A stretch of DNA of 61,066 nucleotides, filler included. It is 3 parts of 3 records of this genome, joined end to end, with 100 filler letters (N's around TTAATTAATTAA, not from the genome) between each part and the next. Parts side by side here need not be neighbours in the genome. Positions count along the whole stretch, not along the records: positions 1 to 26,208 come from SRR20825006_1588; 2 more parts are not named here. One strand, given 5' to 3'. A program made the translations under genes and the position numbers. Position 1 is the stretch's first letter. Each line of letters begins with the position of its first letter. Below are positions 1 through 9,500 of this stretch, piece by piece. A model generated the notes under the pieces. The model was not told where the DNA came from and did not search any database. It saw only the letters and a program-made list of their open reading frames with translations.

Positions 1-138
1 GCCGAGCGTCAGCGAGGCGCGGGGGGCGTGCCCTCGAACTCTGCAAAACTGTTGCTGAAACTCCCTTTCGCATTCTGCAAAACCAACGCAAAGAGCAAAG
101 CACCAACCTCTTCTTAGCCCCCGACGCTGTCTGCCTGA

Positions 139-218
139 GCGAAAAAACCCGGCGCCCTGTTTTCAGAAGCGATCCAGAGTTTAAACGGATCTGAAAACAG
201 GGCGCCGGGTTTTTTCGC
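139..218. terminator. 29-bp perfect inverted repeat (bidirectional intrinsic terminator-like hairpin)
   Basis: GCGAAAAAACCCGGCGCCCTGTTTTCAGA (139-167) and its exact reverse complement (190-218) with a 22-nt loop; A6/T6 tracts near the outer ends; about 20 nt downstream of the stop of the minus-strand operon. Confidence 0.75.
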
Positions 219-237
219 GCGCCGCATACGGGCAAAC

Positions 238-816
238 TCAGTCGTCGCCCGAGGTGATGGCGTGTTGCTCCACCATGCTCTCCTCACAGGTATCCGCGCT
301 CGTCCACAGGTTCTCGGCGAACTCGTCCTGGCCAGTGCGTGGCGCATACCGGTTGTAGTGAACCTCCTCGATGAACTCGCCCTCGACCTCGCGCGTGAAG
401 ATGTAGACGTAGGTTCCGTTGTATTCAGGAACCACGCAGCTATCGACGCTCCAGACGCCATCGGCAAACGTCATCTCGATCCCCTCGTTTAGAGGATAGG
501 AATCCCCCACGAGTCGCACTGAGACCTCGTCCTCCATCCCGTCCGGGTCCGCGATGGCAAAGGTCACCTCGCAGCAAAACTCCATATCCGTCTCACTGCC
601 ACCGTTCCCGAGGTCCTCCTCCTCGTAGGGATACTCGCTGATGGTCGTCTGGTTCCCCCCATCCTCGGGGACGCCATACACCATCACAGGACGCTCGCCG
701 AGCACCGGCGGCGCGGGCGTAGTTTCCGTGGTGCTGTTGTTCTCATCCTCTCCGTTCCGACCGCACGCAGTGAGCGCGAGCAAGAGAAGCAACGTGACTG
801 GTTTCACATATCTCAT
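238..816 (-). CDS. Lipoprotein, 192 aa, with possible C-terminal E-set/CBM48-like beta domain
   Basis: Lipobox LLALTA-C; acidic linker; C-terminal VRLVGD...MTFADGVWSV...YVYIF pattern; ATG overlaps the upstream stop (ATGA, 813-816). Confidence 0.75.
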   Translation of the reverse strand: MRYVKPVTLLLLLALTACGRNGEDENNSTTETTPAPPVLGERPVMVYGVPEDGGNQTTISEYPYEEEDLGNGGSETDMEFCCEVTFAIADPDGMEDEVSVRLVGDSYPLNEGIEMTFADGVWSVDSCVVPEYNGTYVYIFTREVEGEFIEEVHYNRYAPRTGQDEFAENLWTSADTCEESMVEQHAITSGDD

Positions 817-2945
817 TCTGCGCTCCTGATGCTGTCCGAGGTGGCCTTCACGATGCTCGGTGGTTGCTCGCCGACAGGTTGTTGAACCCCTCCGCCATCG
901 CCGCCGCCTTGAGCGTTGTCGCCTGTGAGCTTTCCAACGAGCGCCAGACGAAGCGTCGCAGGATCGAGGTGAGGCGCGATGGTTCGGTACAAACCTGTGC
1001 GGTTCTCGACCTCGAAGGGAATCATCGCTGCGAACTCCGCCTGCACGCGCTGTCGCAAGGGATCATCCTCGGGCATCTCCTCGATGGCGCGCCCGAGCAG
1101 ACGCACGAGCGCCTTCCTCGTGATCGCGCCTGGGCGCTGCTCCAGATCTGCAGCGGCGAGCTCGAGCACCTCGCGCGAGGTCATCTCGCGCGCGGCGAAC
1201 GTCTGCATCTCTAGCGAGTGATACAACGTGATCTTGACCCTCCAGTCCTTCTCCTTCTCGAGCCAGCGTCGCGTGAACTCGGCCGTCTCCGAAGGCGGCA
1301 TCCTGCGCATCACGATCGCGGCGACCTCGCGCGTGGAGTAATCGGGGTGGTCTGGGATGTCCTCGATCATCGAGAGCAGCCCGGGATCTCCGATGTTCAT
1401 CAGCGCGCCGTATGCAGGGCTCGCGATGATCGAGTTTGGCGCCTCGGAGAGCGCGAGTTGGATCGCGTCGACGGCGATCTTCTTGATGTCGTCCCGGTTC
1501 GGGTTCCTGCCAGACATCATCCCCAGCGCGAGCAAGGCGTGCCGCGCGGTCAGGTGCTCTGCTTTGTTTTTGCTGCTGGCGAGCGGCCTCGCGAGCGCCG
1601 CCAACTCGAGCGCGAACGCATCCCCCACATCAGGTCTGTCGACCAGTGAGAACATCGCGCGCACTCTGTCAAAGGATGCGATCGAGCGATCCTGTACGAT
1701 CTCTTCGAGCGCCTGCTTTGCCTCGAGGTTTCGCGTGTTCCCGAGCGCGATAAACACGCCCATGGTCGCACGAGATGGGATCTCGTCCTTGACCAGCTTG
1801 CTCGCGATAACGGGCACCATATCTGGCCTCGCTTCGAGGTAGAGTCGCATCTCTGGCCAGGTGTCCTGAATGCCGACATCCTCCGCGTCAATGCGCGTGA
1901 GCATCCTGTCGAGCATCTCATCGAGCGGCTCTCCTCGCAGCGCGTCACGCGCGCGAAGCTCCTTGCCAGAGATCGCCCCGCCCTCGTCCAACGGGATCGT
2001 CATCGGCAAGAGATCCGCCCAGACGTAGTCTCCCTGCGAGCGCGACGCGCTGCCAAAGACCTCAGCGTCTTGCTCGGGCAGAAGATCGGCGCGGAGCGTG
2101 CGCCTGGAGGTGATGCCTGTGCCGCTGTAGGTCGCATCGAGTGATACAGACGCGAACCACCCGCGCTCACCCTGCGCCACGTTGGCGACGTAACCATCGA
2201 CCTCACTCAGGCTCCCCATCCCCGTGTACCAGGGCTCGAGCACTGTGACGCGTTTTCGCAACGCGCCGTTCTCAAGCCGACGAACCTCCCCCTTGATCTC
2301 ACCGAGCGAATCGCGCCCCTCGTACAGCGCGCCAACATTCGCATCGGGCAAGGCAAACGAGAGGTCATGCAAGAGCGCCTGCTGGATCCTCGCGTACCCG
2401 ATGGGCAACGACTCGAGGTGTGCGAACCCTCCGATGCTGCAATCAGGGCTGACCCTGAACAGGAACGGTTCAGCGAGCATCGCGTCCTTTCGCACCGCCG
2501 TGGTGCGAAAACGCGAGAGCTTGCCGAGCATCAACGAGCCCTCCGGCGAGCTCTCCAGGACCTCGGTGTTCAGCGTCCCGGAGTAGGAACTCTGAACCTC
2601 GGTCGGTTGCCCCTTGCCGCCAAAACCGAACCCGAGCGGCTCGATCTCGGCCTCGTCCTTGCCATCGATGGCATAAGACGCGCGGTCGCCAACTTCGAAA
2701 GCGCAGGACTCTCGAACGATGCCACTTTTGACATCATCGCCTGGCGCTTCGACATCATCTGCCTCTGGCGCCGTCCTCGCGACCCCCGGTCGCATCCTGG
2801 TGTCGCGTTCATATGTGGATTGCGCGGGTTCTTCTATGCGTGGTTGCTCCTCTCCCTTCGAGGACGAGAGGATAACACCCGCAGCGAGTATAGCCCCGGA
2901 GCCGAGCAGAAGCGTCGCGCCCTTTTGTGCGGTAATACCTTTCAT
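813..2945 (-). CDS. Membrane-anchored/exported protein (~710 aa) with N-terminal beta region and HEAT-like helical solenoid
   Basis: Start reassigned to ATG 2945 (MKGITAQK), which has GGAGG upstream and overlaps the previous stop (TGATG); hydrophobic N-terminal segment; repeated ALG-type helical hairpins (FIALGNT, LLALGMM, YGALMNIGD). Confidence 0.75.
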   Translation of the reverse strand: MKGITAQKGATLLLGSGAILAAGVILSSSKGEEQPRIEEPAQSTYERDTRMRPGVARTAPEADDVEAPGDDVKSGIVRESCAFEVGDRASYAIDGKDEAEIEPLGFGFGGKGQPTEVQSSYSGTLNTEVLESSPEGSLMLGKLSRFRTTAVRKDAMLAEPFLFRVSPDCSIGGFAHLESLPIGYARIQQALLHDLSFALPDANVGALYEGRDSLGEIKGEVRRLENGALRKRVTVLEPWYTGMGSLSEVDGYVANVAQGERGWFASVSLDATYSGTGITSRRTLRADLLPEQDAEVFGSASRSQGDYVWADLLPMTIPLDEGGAISGKELRARDALRGEPLDEMLDRMLTRIDAEDVGIQDTWPEMRLYLEARPDMVPVIASKLVKDEIPSRATMGVFIALGNTRNLEAKQALEEIVQDRSIASFDRVRAMFSLVDRPDVGDAFALELAALARPLASSKNKAEHLTARHALLALGMMSGRNPNRDDIKKIAVDAIQLALSEAPNSIIASPAYGALMNIGDPGLLSMIEDIPDHPDYSTREVAAIVMRRMPPSETAEFTRRWLEKEKDWRVKITLYHSLEMQTFAAREMTSREVLELAAADLEQRPGAITRKALVRLLGRAIEEMPEDDPLRQRVQAEFAAMIPFEVENRTGLYRTIAPHLDPATLRLALVGKLTGDNAQGGGDGGGVQQPVGEQPPSIVKATSDSIRSAE

Positions 2946-5900
2946 CAGTAATCCTCCAGAACAGGGAGTTCCAACTTGTAGAGGTCGACTTCGAAGACCT
3001 TGATTCCATCGAACTCGTGGATGAGCCACTCGAGCGTGAGCTCGGCGAACAACAACGTGACCTTGAGCGCGGCCTTCACATCACCGCTAAACAGCGAGAG
3101 CGTGAAGGGGATGCTGAACTCGAGGACGCCGTTTCGCGCGAACGCGTCGCCATCTCGGAACAACCAACGGAAGGTCTGCCCCACGGTCGGTTTGACCTCG
3201 GCGGCGATGATGTTCAAGCTCGCGCTCAGGCAGAACCCGACAAAGGGAGAAGGCGTGCAGCCCTCGAGCCCCACACCAGCACCGAGCCCCAGCGCGAGCC
3301 CCGTCGCCCAGGAGAAGTAAACCTCGTCATCAGCATACGGGAGCCTGCATACGTAAGGATGCGCGCCCGCGTTGTTCCCTTCGACCACAGAGACGCCAAG
3401 GTTCTTGTCGCGCGCGTTGTAGAACACCGCCGCGCCCGTCTCGCCATGAGTCGGCAGGCCGCGTTGGTTGTCGATGATGATATCGCTCGAGTAACGCACG
3501 GTGCCGGTAGCGTCGGACGCGAACGGCGCGCTGTCCGAGAGCCAGCGATACTCGGTGACTCTGCTATCCTTCTCGTAGGCGAGCTGTGCGCCGATCCAGG
3601 CGGTGTCGATCCCTTCAGCGAGCATCTCGTCGGCAAGTCCTCCCGCCTCGTTCATCTCGCGCAGCTCGACCAGTCGTCCGCCTGCATCACTGCACGCGTC
3701 CGCGGCATCTGCGAACGAGGTATTGGTCGTCTCGACGATGTAGCAATCCTCGCTCTCGCCGAGGCACTCGTAGGCGTCATCATCCTCTGGCGCGACGGCG
3801 ACCTCGATCGAGAGCCCCACGGAGGCGCCGACGGTGAACTTGAAGGTCACGAACACGGGCACAGGTCCGATGTTGAACATCAGGTTGTAGCCGATCGAAT
3901 AACCCAACCCATCGCGCTCGCCGATCCTGCCCTCGTCCCACTCGGTGTTCGGGCTCGGGTCTCCGCCATTGAGAAGCTCTGCGATGTTGTCCCAATCGGG
4001 GCTGATGTTAAACGTGAGCTTGCGCGAGCTGCCGACATCATCGGTGCTGCCAAAGGCACCACCCAGCGAGCTCATATCGAGCGCCATGAAGTCCGCGAGC
4101 TGCCCTCTGAACTTGAGCGCCACGGTGTCATACATCTGGTCTGCTTCTTTCGGCTCGCGCTCGAGCGTCGTCGTCATATCGAGCGCCGGGCGCCCGCCCT
4201 CACCGCTCGAGCGACCGCCCGAGTTGGCGGTGTTCGAGCAGTAGACATCCGAGGAGTCATTGTTCGGGCATGTCTCCTCGAGATCCGTGTCGTTGCTGCC
4301 GGACATGCTCGTATCACCGGAGTCCTGCTGGTCCGCGAAGTCGGTGTGAATCCTTGCCGAAGCAGGGACATCCGCAGAGACGCGCTCGGCGCCCTCGATC
4401 GGCGTCCTGAAGCGATCGACATAGACCACCACGGGGACCTTGGCGGTGCGACATCCTCGGTACTTGAAGGGGGTCGCATACGGGTTATGCATCCTGGAGT
4501 TCTCGAGCTCGAGGCTCCAGACCCTGTCGAACGGACCGGTCCAGTAATGCTCGCGCCTTGGCTGCCCTTCGTTGATCCTGCGCACGTCATGCGCCAGATC
4601 GTAGGTGTCGACGAGGTTGTAGGTGCCCTGCCCGTTGGTGTTCGGGTAGCGCTGGCTCAGGAGGCGAGTTTCGTTTCGGTAGTAGTTGTAGCCTTCGGTC
4701 CAACCTGTGGTGAACGCGTCGCGCTTGAGCAAGCCATCCCACGCGTTGATGCAATAGAAGAGGTCGAACGCTCTCGACTCTCCGGGGATGTAGTGTGGGC
4801 TGGTGGCATCGCGCACCATCTTTTGCTTGGCGACGGCCGGGAAGACCAGGCTCGCGCTCTGGGTGATGCCATCGTCGGCGCCCTCGATCTTGCCATTGTT
4901 CTTGCCATCGGAGAGGTCGACCTTTCCGAGGTAAAGCGGCGTGATCGCCTCGCGCTCGCTCGCGGAGAGCCCCGCCGGGACGAGGTAAACATCGGCTCGC
5001 GGCGAGTTGATGTACTTGCGGTTCTCGCCGTAGATCTGGCGCGTGCTCGGCTGCTCGAGGTTGAACACATGGCTTCGATCCATGTTGTTGACATACCAGG
5101 AGAGGTCGAACGTCAGGAGCGTGCGCCGGTTCGAGAAGACGCGAATCACGGGCTCGTTCCTGGCGACGATATCCTTGGTGCCGATCTCGGAGCGGTCCGC
5201 GTAAAGATAGGAGAAGTAGAGCTCCTGATCGCCAGGCGGGTCGTAGGTCGTGATCTTGCGCTGAGAGAAGTAAGCCGTCTGATTGTACGACTTGCTGTTG
5301 ATCTCGTAGAACATCCCGACAGGATTGGGCGTGCACTCGGGCTCGGAGTCGCCGAGCTGTGACGCGGTCTGGAGCGTGAGCCCCTTGTGCCACACGCTGT
5401 GCCCATCCATATCGTAGGAGAGGTGGAGCTTCTGGACGATGCTCTCTCGATCCACGTAAAGGTATGGCAAGGAGCCCGGGCTCCCTGGGTAGAGCTGTTT
5501 GACGTGATCTTGCATCTCCTTGACAGGATCGATGTCGATGCAGTCCTGCGCGAACTTGGTCTCGATCACCTTCTGGTAGACCTTGGTGCCGTCGCTCTTT
5601 GTCGTGTGAGGATCATCGGCACGCAGCGTGACCGCGAACGGCACGCAACGGAAGCGATTGGCGGTGACGAGCCCGCGGTGCACGTCCTCGATCCAGGCGG
5701 TCAACTTGACCTCTTCCGGGACCAGGCCGTTGGCAAAGGAGACCGTCAGCGGGATCTTGTAGGTCGCGTTGATCGGGAACGGCTTGGCGGGCAACTTGTT
5801 GGCGTCTAGCTGGCGCTTGATGATCGCCTCGGTGTACACATCCGTGGTCTGCGTCGTCGGCTCGATCGTGCCGAACTTGGCGTCGACGACGACCTCGACC

Positions 5901-6583
5901 TTGGAGTCATCGACCACGCACTGCATATCCGCGTTGCGTCGCGCTCGCCCATGGCACTCCAGCGGCACACAGGCGACCGTGCCATCGCGTTGGTCCTTTT
6001 GCAGGAGCTGCTCCCCGACGCCTCGACAGCTGATCTCGTTGCGCGTGTTGTACGTCCCCGCCGTCTCCTGCGTCACCGTGGACATGTAGATCCGGGGCTC
6101 TCCGTTGTCGTCGAGATCCCTGTCTCCGCATGTGTACTTGATCGTCGCGTCCGAGAACTTGCACCCTTCGTTGGTGCCATCGCCCGAACACGCACGGTTA
6201 TCCCGACAGACGCCGATAGCGGCGCACTCGCGCAGGTTGCCGCAATACCCTCTGGCGACCCGGAGCGCGAATGCCTCGTCGAGCCCTTCGGCACAAGAGA
6301 CCTCCTCGATCTTGATGCGCGCGTAGTTGGCGAGCATCCCTTCTGTCTCGCCTGACATCTCGGCCGAGGATGTGTACTCCTCGGAGTTGAGCGCGGTCCC
6401 CGACGAGGGGAATCGCCACGGGATCTCGCCGTCAGGGCAAACAATATCACTGTAGACCTTGTCCCGGCTCAGGCCCGTGGGCGCATCCGGTTCGGTCGGC
6501 TCTTCTTGAACGCAACCGGCGGCCACCATGATCAGGATCATGGCGAGACCAATCGGAAGCTTCTGTTTCACGTTTGTCTTCAT
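2945..6583 (-). CDS. Large lipoprotein (~1212 aa) with C-type lectin-like domain
   Basis: Start reassigned to ATG 6583 (MKTNVKQK; GAGGAGG RBS); lipobox MVAAG-C; CTLD signature CY...SFADAADAC...GGRLVE...AWIG...YRW...YVC at ~3340-3765. Confidence 0.8.
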   Translation of the reverse strand: MKTNVKQKLPIGLAMILIMVAAGCVQEEPTEPDAPTGLSRDKVYSDIVCPDGEIPWRFPSSGTALNSEEYTSSAEMSGETEGMLANYARIKIEEVSCAEGLDEAFALRVARGYCGNLRECAAIGVCRDNRACSGDGTNEGCKFSDATIKYTCGDRDLDDNGEPRIYMSTVTQETAGTYNTRNEISCRGVGEQLLQKDQRDGTVACVPLECHGRARRNADMQCVVDDSKVEVVVDAKFGTIEPTTQTTDVYTEAIIKRQLDANKLPAKPFPINATYKIPLTVSFANGLVPEEVKLTAWIEDVHRGLVTANRFRCVPFAVTLRADDPHTTKSDGTKVYQKVIETKFAQDCIDIDPVKEMQDHVKQLYPGSPGSLPYLYVDRESIVQKLHLSYDMDGHSVWHKGLTLQTASQLGDSEPECTPNPVGMFYEINSKSYNQTAYFSQRKITTYDPPGDQELYFSYLYADRSEIGTKDIVARNEPVIRVFSNRRTLLTFDLSWYVNNMDRSHVFNLEQPSTRQIYGENRKYINSPRADVYLVPAGLSASEREAITPLYLGKVDLSDGKNNGKIEGADDGITQSASLVFPAVAKQKMVRDATSPHYIPGESRAFDLFYCINAWDGLLKRDAFTTGWTEGYNYYRNETRLLSQRYPNTNGQGTYNLVDTYDLAHDVRRINEGQPRREHYWTGPFDRVWSLELENSRMHNPYATPFKYRGCRTAKVPVVVYVDRFRTPIEGAERVSADVPASARIHTDFADQQDSGDTSMSGSNDTDLEETCPNNDSSDVYCSNTANSGGRSSGEGGRPALDMTTTLEREPKEADQMYDTVALKFRGQLADFMALDMSSLGGAFGSTDDVGSSRKLTFNISPDWDNIAELLNGGDPSPNTEWDEGRIGERDGLGYSIGYNLMFNIGPVPVFVTFKFTVGASVGLSIEVAVAPEDDDAYECLGESEDCYIVETTNTSFADAADACSDAGGRLVELREMNEAGGLADEMLAEGIDTAWIGAQLAYEKDSRVTEYRWLSDSAPFASDATGTVRYSSDIIIDNQRGLPTHGETGAAVFYNARDKNLGVSVVEGNNAGAHPYVCRLPYADDEVYFSWATGLALGLGAGVGLEGCTPSPFVGFCLSASLNIIAAEVKPTVGQTFRWLFRDGDAFARNGVLEFSIPFTLSLFSGDVKAALKVTLLFAELTLEWLIHEFDGIKVFEVDLYKLELPVLEDY

Positions 6584-6597
6584 TCCAATCCTCCTCA

Positions 6598-9500
6598 TCA
6601 AGGCGCCACGCAGCGCAACACGACACATCCATCACCACCCACGCCCAGGAAGTCACTGCCAGCGCCAGCGTCGATGCTGTTGGCGCCCTGACAACGGCTG
6701 TAGTCGGCGTTCGAGGTCCCTCCCGGAACCCAGTTGAAGGTGTTGGGGTCTTCGATCGAGTCATACGGCGTGAGCCCTGCGGGGAGCGTCCCGTAGGCGC
6801 CGGGGTTTTCACCCGCGCCGCCCGGATCACCTGCGCCACCGCCGCCCTGGTTGCCGCTCCCGACCGCACCTGCGTAGCCGGCCGTGGTTGTGCCTGCGGT
6901 CGTCATCACGCTCATGCTCATCCCATCGGCAAACTCGGAGGCGCCAGCGCCAGCAGGGACAACAAACGACTGCGTCGCGCTGCCAGTGATTTGAACGCTC
7001 GTCAAACCGCCGCCGCCACCTGGATCAGACCCCATCGAGTTGAAGCCACCTTCGCCACCGTTGGCGGCAGTGCCCAGGTAGGAACCTGCCCCCTGCGTGG
7101 TAAACCCGGAGCTTCCACCCTGACCGAGCCAGACCGTGACGACATCTCCAGGAGCGACCGTCAGCGTGCCCTCGACATAGCCGCCCGCGCCGCCGAGGTT
7201 GCTCGCGAAGCCCATAAAGTCATCGCCGCCACCAGCAGCACCCCACGCCTGGACGTAGAGGCTCGTACAGCCAGCCGGGATCGTGTAGGTCCCCGAAGCG
7301 GTCGTGCCATCGGTGACAGGTTGGTCGATAAAGTACTGACCTGCGCCGCACGTGCCCGAAGCGTTCGAGCAGTTGCCGGAGTTCGCGCCGCACACGCAGT
7401 CATTGCCCGCACAATCCGAATCGAGCGTGCAGCTCTGCCCGGCCATGCACGCACCACATGTCATGCCTCCGCAATCGACGTCGGTCTCGTCCTGGTTCTT
7501 CGTGCCATCGCCGCAGAGGTTCATGGAGCATGTCCCGTTGTCACAGGCCGCGCCCATGGCGCAATCAGCGGACTGATTGCAAGACTGCCCGATCATGCAC
7601 TTCGTCGCGCACGAGCCGCCGCAGTCGACATCACCCTCGGAGGGGTCCTTCATGTTGTTGGAGCAAGAGGCGTCCTTGCAGGTGCCATTGTCACAGGTCA
7701 AACCCGCCTGACAGTCCGCGTCTCCGCCGCACATCTTGTCCTCACCGCACTTGTTCACGCAGACCGCGCCGCAGTCGACGTCCGCTTCGCCAGGATCTTG
7801 CGTGCCGTTGTTGCAGTCAGGGCTCGCGCACTGGCTGTTCACGCACAGGTTGCCCATGACGCAATCGCCATCCATCGTGCAGCTCTGCCCACCGACGCAT
7901 CGGTCGCAGCTCGAGCTGCCGCCGCAGTCGATATCCGACTCGTCCGCATCCTTCATGTTGTTGCCACAAGATGCTGGAACGCAGACATTGCCCGAGCAAA
8001 CCGCCCCGGAGGTGCAATCCGCGGTCTCGTTGCAGTTCTTGCCAAGCTGGCATGCGAAGGCGCAGGAGGTCCCGCAATCGACGTCGACCTCATCTGGGTC
8101 CTTCATATTGTTGCCGCAGGTCTCGGGGTAGCACCCGTTGTTCACGCAGAAGAGACCTGTGCCGCAGTCAGACGTGTTCAGACAGAACTGAGCGCGCGCG
8201 CAACGGGGGCACGAGCTCGTGCCACCACAGTCGACATCGGTCTCACCAGCGTCCTTGGTGTCATTGCCACAGGTCGCGGGAAGGCAGGTGTTGTCGATGC
8301 AGGTCGACGAGGCGCAGTCGGTGCCCGCGGTGCACGCCTTGCCATCTCCGCAAGCGCCGCACACCGAGCTACCGCCGCAGTCGACGTCGGACTCGTTCAT
8401 ATCCTTGGTGTTGTTGTTGCAGACCTCGATCTTGCAGGTCGAGCCGACGCATGCGTAGCCCGAGGCCGTGTCGCAATCACTGCTGGCCTGGCAGGACTCT
8501 CCAGCATCGCACCTCGCGGTGCACGAGGATCCACCGCAATCGACGTCGGTCTCGTCCTGGTTTTTGGTCATATCCGAGCACGTCCCCGACTCGCGGCAGA
8601 CGTACCCAGTGCAGGTCAACCCGCTCGCGCAATCCGAGGTTGTCAGGCAGGTGTTATTCGCCCTGCAGCCACCGCAGGTCCCCCCGCAATCGTGCCCGGT
8701 TTCGTCCTGGTTTTGGCGATTGTCTGAACAGGTCGCCACGCCATTGCGATAGTCCGCCTTACTCACACTGAAGAAGACCTCCTTCAGGTCAGGCCTGGCG
8801 ACAAACAGATACCCTGCGTCGGTGAACTCGTTGTCTCGGAAACGATAGCGTCCGATATCGAGCTCTGCGCGAATCGGTTTGGTTTCGCCCAGTGTGTAGC
8901 CGACCTTGTAGTCCGTCCTCTTCGGGTTTTGAATCACCCTGATCGCCCAGTAGTTCTGGTAAACCCCCAGATCTGTGTGCTGCTTTTTGATATCGATGAG
9001 CTGGATCGGGCCACCATCGACGCTGAGCGCCATCTTGATCGGATCGCCTTCGAGTTTTTGTTTGTTTTCCTCGAGGTGCAAGGAGTTCAGATAGAAGTTC
9101 AGCTTGACGATCATCCGGTTTTCGTTTGGCTCCGGGCAATCGATCTTGAGCGTTCCATCCGCGCGCATCGGCGATTCGGCGGTTGGCCCTGCGTATTGAC
9201 TCGTCGAAACCACCGGCGAGCAAGCCTCGGCGCTGACAAACTCGTAGGAGTACGCCTCCCCGATCTTGTAGCGCAGCGTGCCATCGACAGGTTCGATCGA
9301 GACCGTCTTGTTGCGGCCGTCGAGGTTCACGACGAGCCAATAGCTCGAACCTGCGTCAGGCAAGCGATCGAACTCGGCATAGATCGGAAACTTCACGCGG
9401 CACTTGTTCTCGACACAAATGGCCGTGTCACAATCTGCTGCGGTGTTGCATCCGGGCGTATCGAGCCCCGACGTCGCCACGCACGCATCACAAATACTGC

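Noticed and set aside
3340-3765. C-type lectin domain as a diversity-generating retroelement target
   Set aside because: No reverse transcriptase and no template/variable repeat pair seen in the contig
3017-5362. 781-aa plus-strand ORF
   Set aside because: Antisense shadow of the lectin lipoprotein; no recognisable motifs; expected from high-GC codon bias
6574-8727. 717-aa Ala-rich plus-strand ORF with apparent repeats
   Set aside because: Mirror of the Cys-rich repeats on the minus strand
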